A stretch of 36,514 nt of DNA, from assembly GCA_000934665.2 (NCBI GenBank), contig KZ539020.1, forward strand, positions 1 to 36,514, in the 5' to 3' direction. The notes below the pieces were generated by a model, which was not told where the DNA came from, made no database searches, and saw nothing but the letters and a program-made list of their open reading frames with translations. The position numbers and the translations under genes are program-made. This stretch comes from Catajapyx aquilonaris (Eukaryota). Below, piece by piece: positions 36,332-36,514 of the stretch. Numbering within the stretch: position 1 is the first letter of the stretch; each line of letters opens with the position of its first letter.

Positions 36332-36514
36332 GAGTAAAACCTCGATATAACGCTCCCGCATATAACGCTTTCCCGCTTTCAACGCCCCTTTTATCCGGTC
36401 CCTTGACCATTTCCATAATGTAAATTTCCCCGCATATAACGCTATCCCGCCTATAACGCTACTTTTGGGCAGTGGAGCACCCAGAAAGATCCCAAGGGGG
36501 GGGGGGGGGCAAGA
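36332..36514. mobile_element. Left end of a pogo/Tigger-type MITE
   Basis: TA|gAGTAAAACCTCGATATAACG resembles the CAGTAAAACCTCG terminus, followed by repeated TATAACGC subterminal motifs. Confidence 0.65.

Overview
Eukaryotic (most likely arthropod) genomic DNA; no prokaryotic genes, rRNA or CRISPR. The window lies inside one large minus-strand gene encoding a Sidestep/nephrin-like immunoglobulin-superfamily protein. Three phase-compatible GT-AG exons (22635-22745, 17868-18071, 6064-6215) encode one full Ig domain and half of the next. The introns are packed with non-autonomous DNA transposons (Tc1/mariner-type with TA duplications, PIF/Harbinger-type with TWA, hAT-type with 8 bp), tRNA-derived SINEs, decayed LINE fragments, nested insertions and microsatellites. 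The most unusual item is an apparently intact antisense nested gene in the 11.6-kb intron (11177-11830, probably spliced to 12577-12618). It encodes a very acidic protein I do not recognise, with a Trp-periodic (EDAW/EDEW)n array. A frameshifted near-identical copy of its repeat block follows, with a different repeat composition. All calls are from manual reading; no database searches were run.
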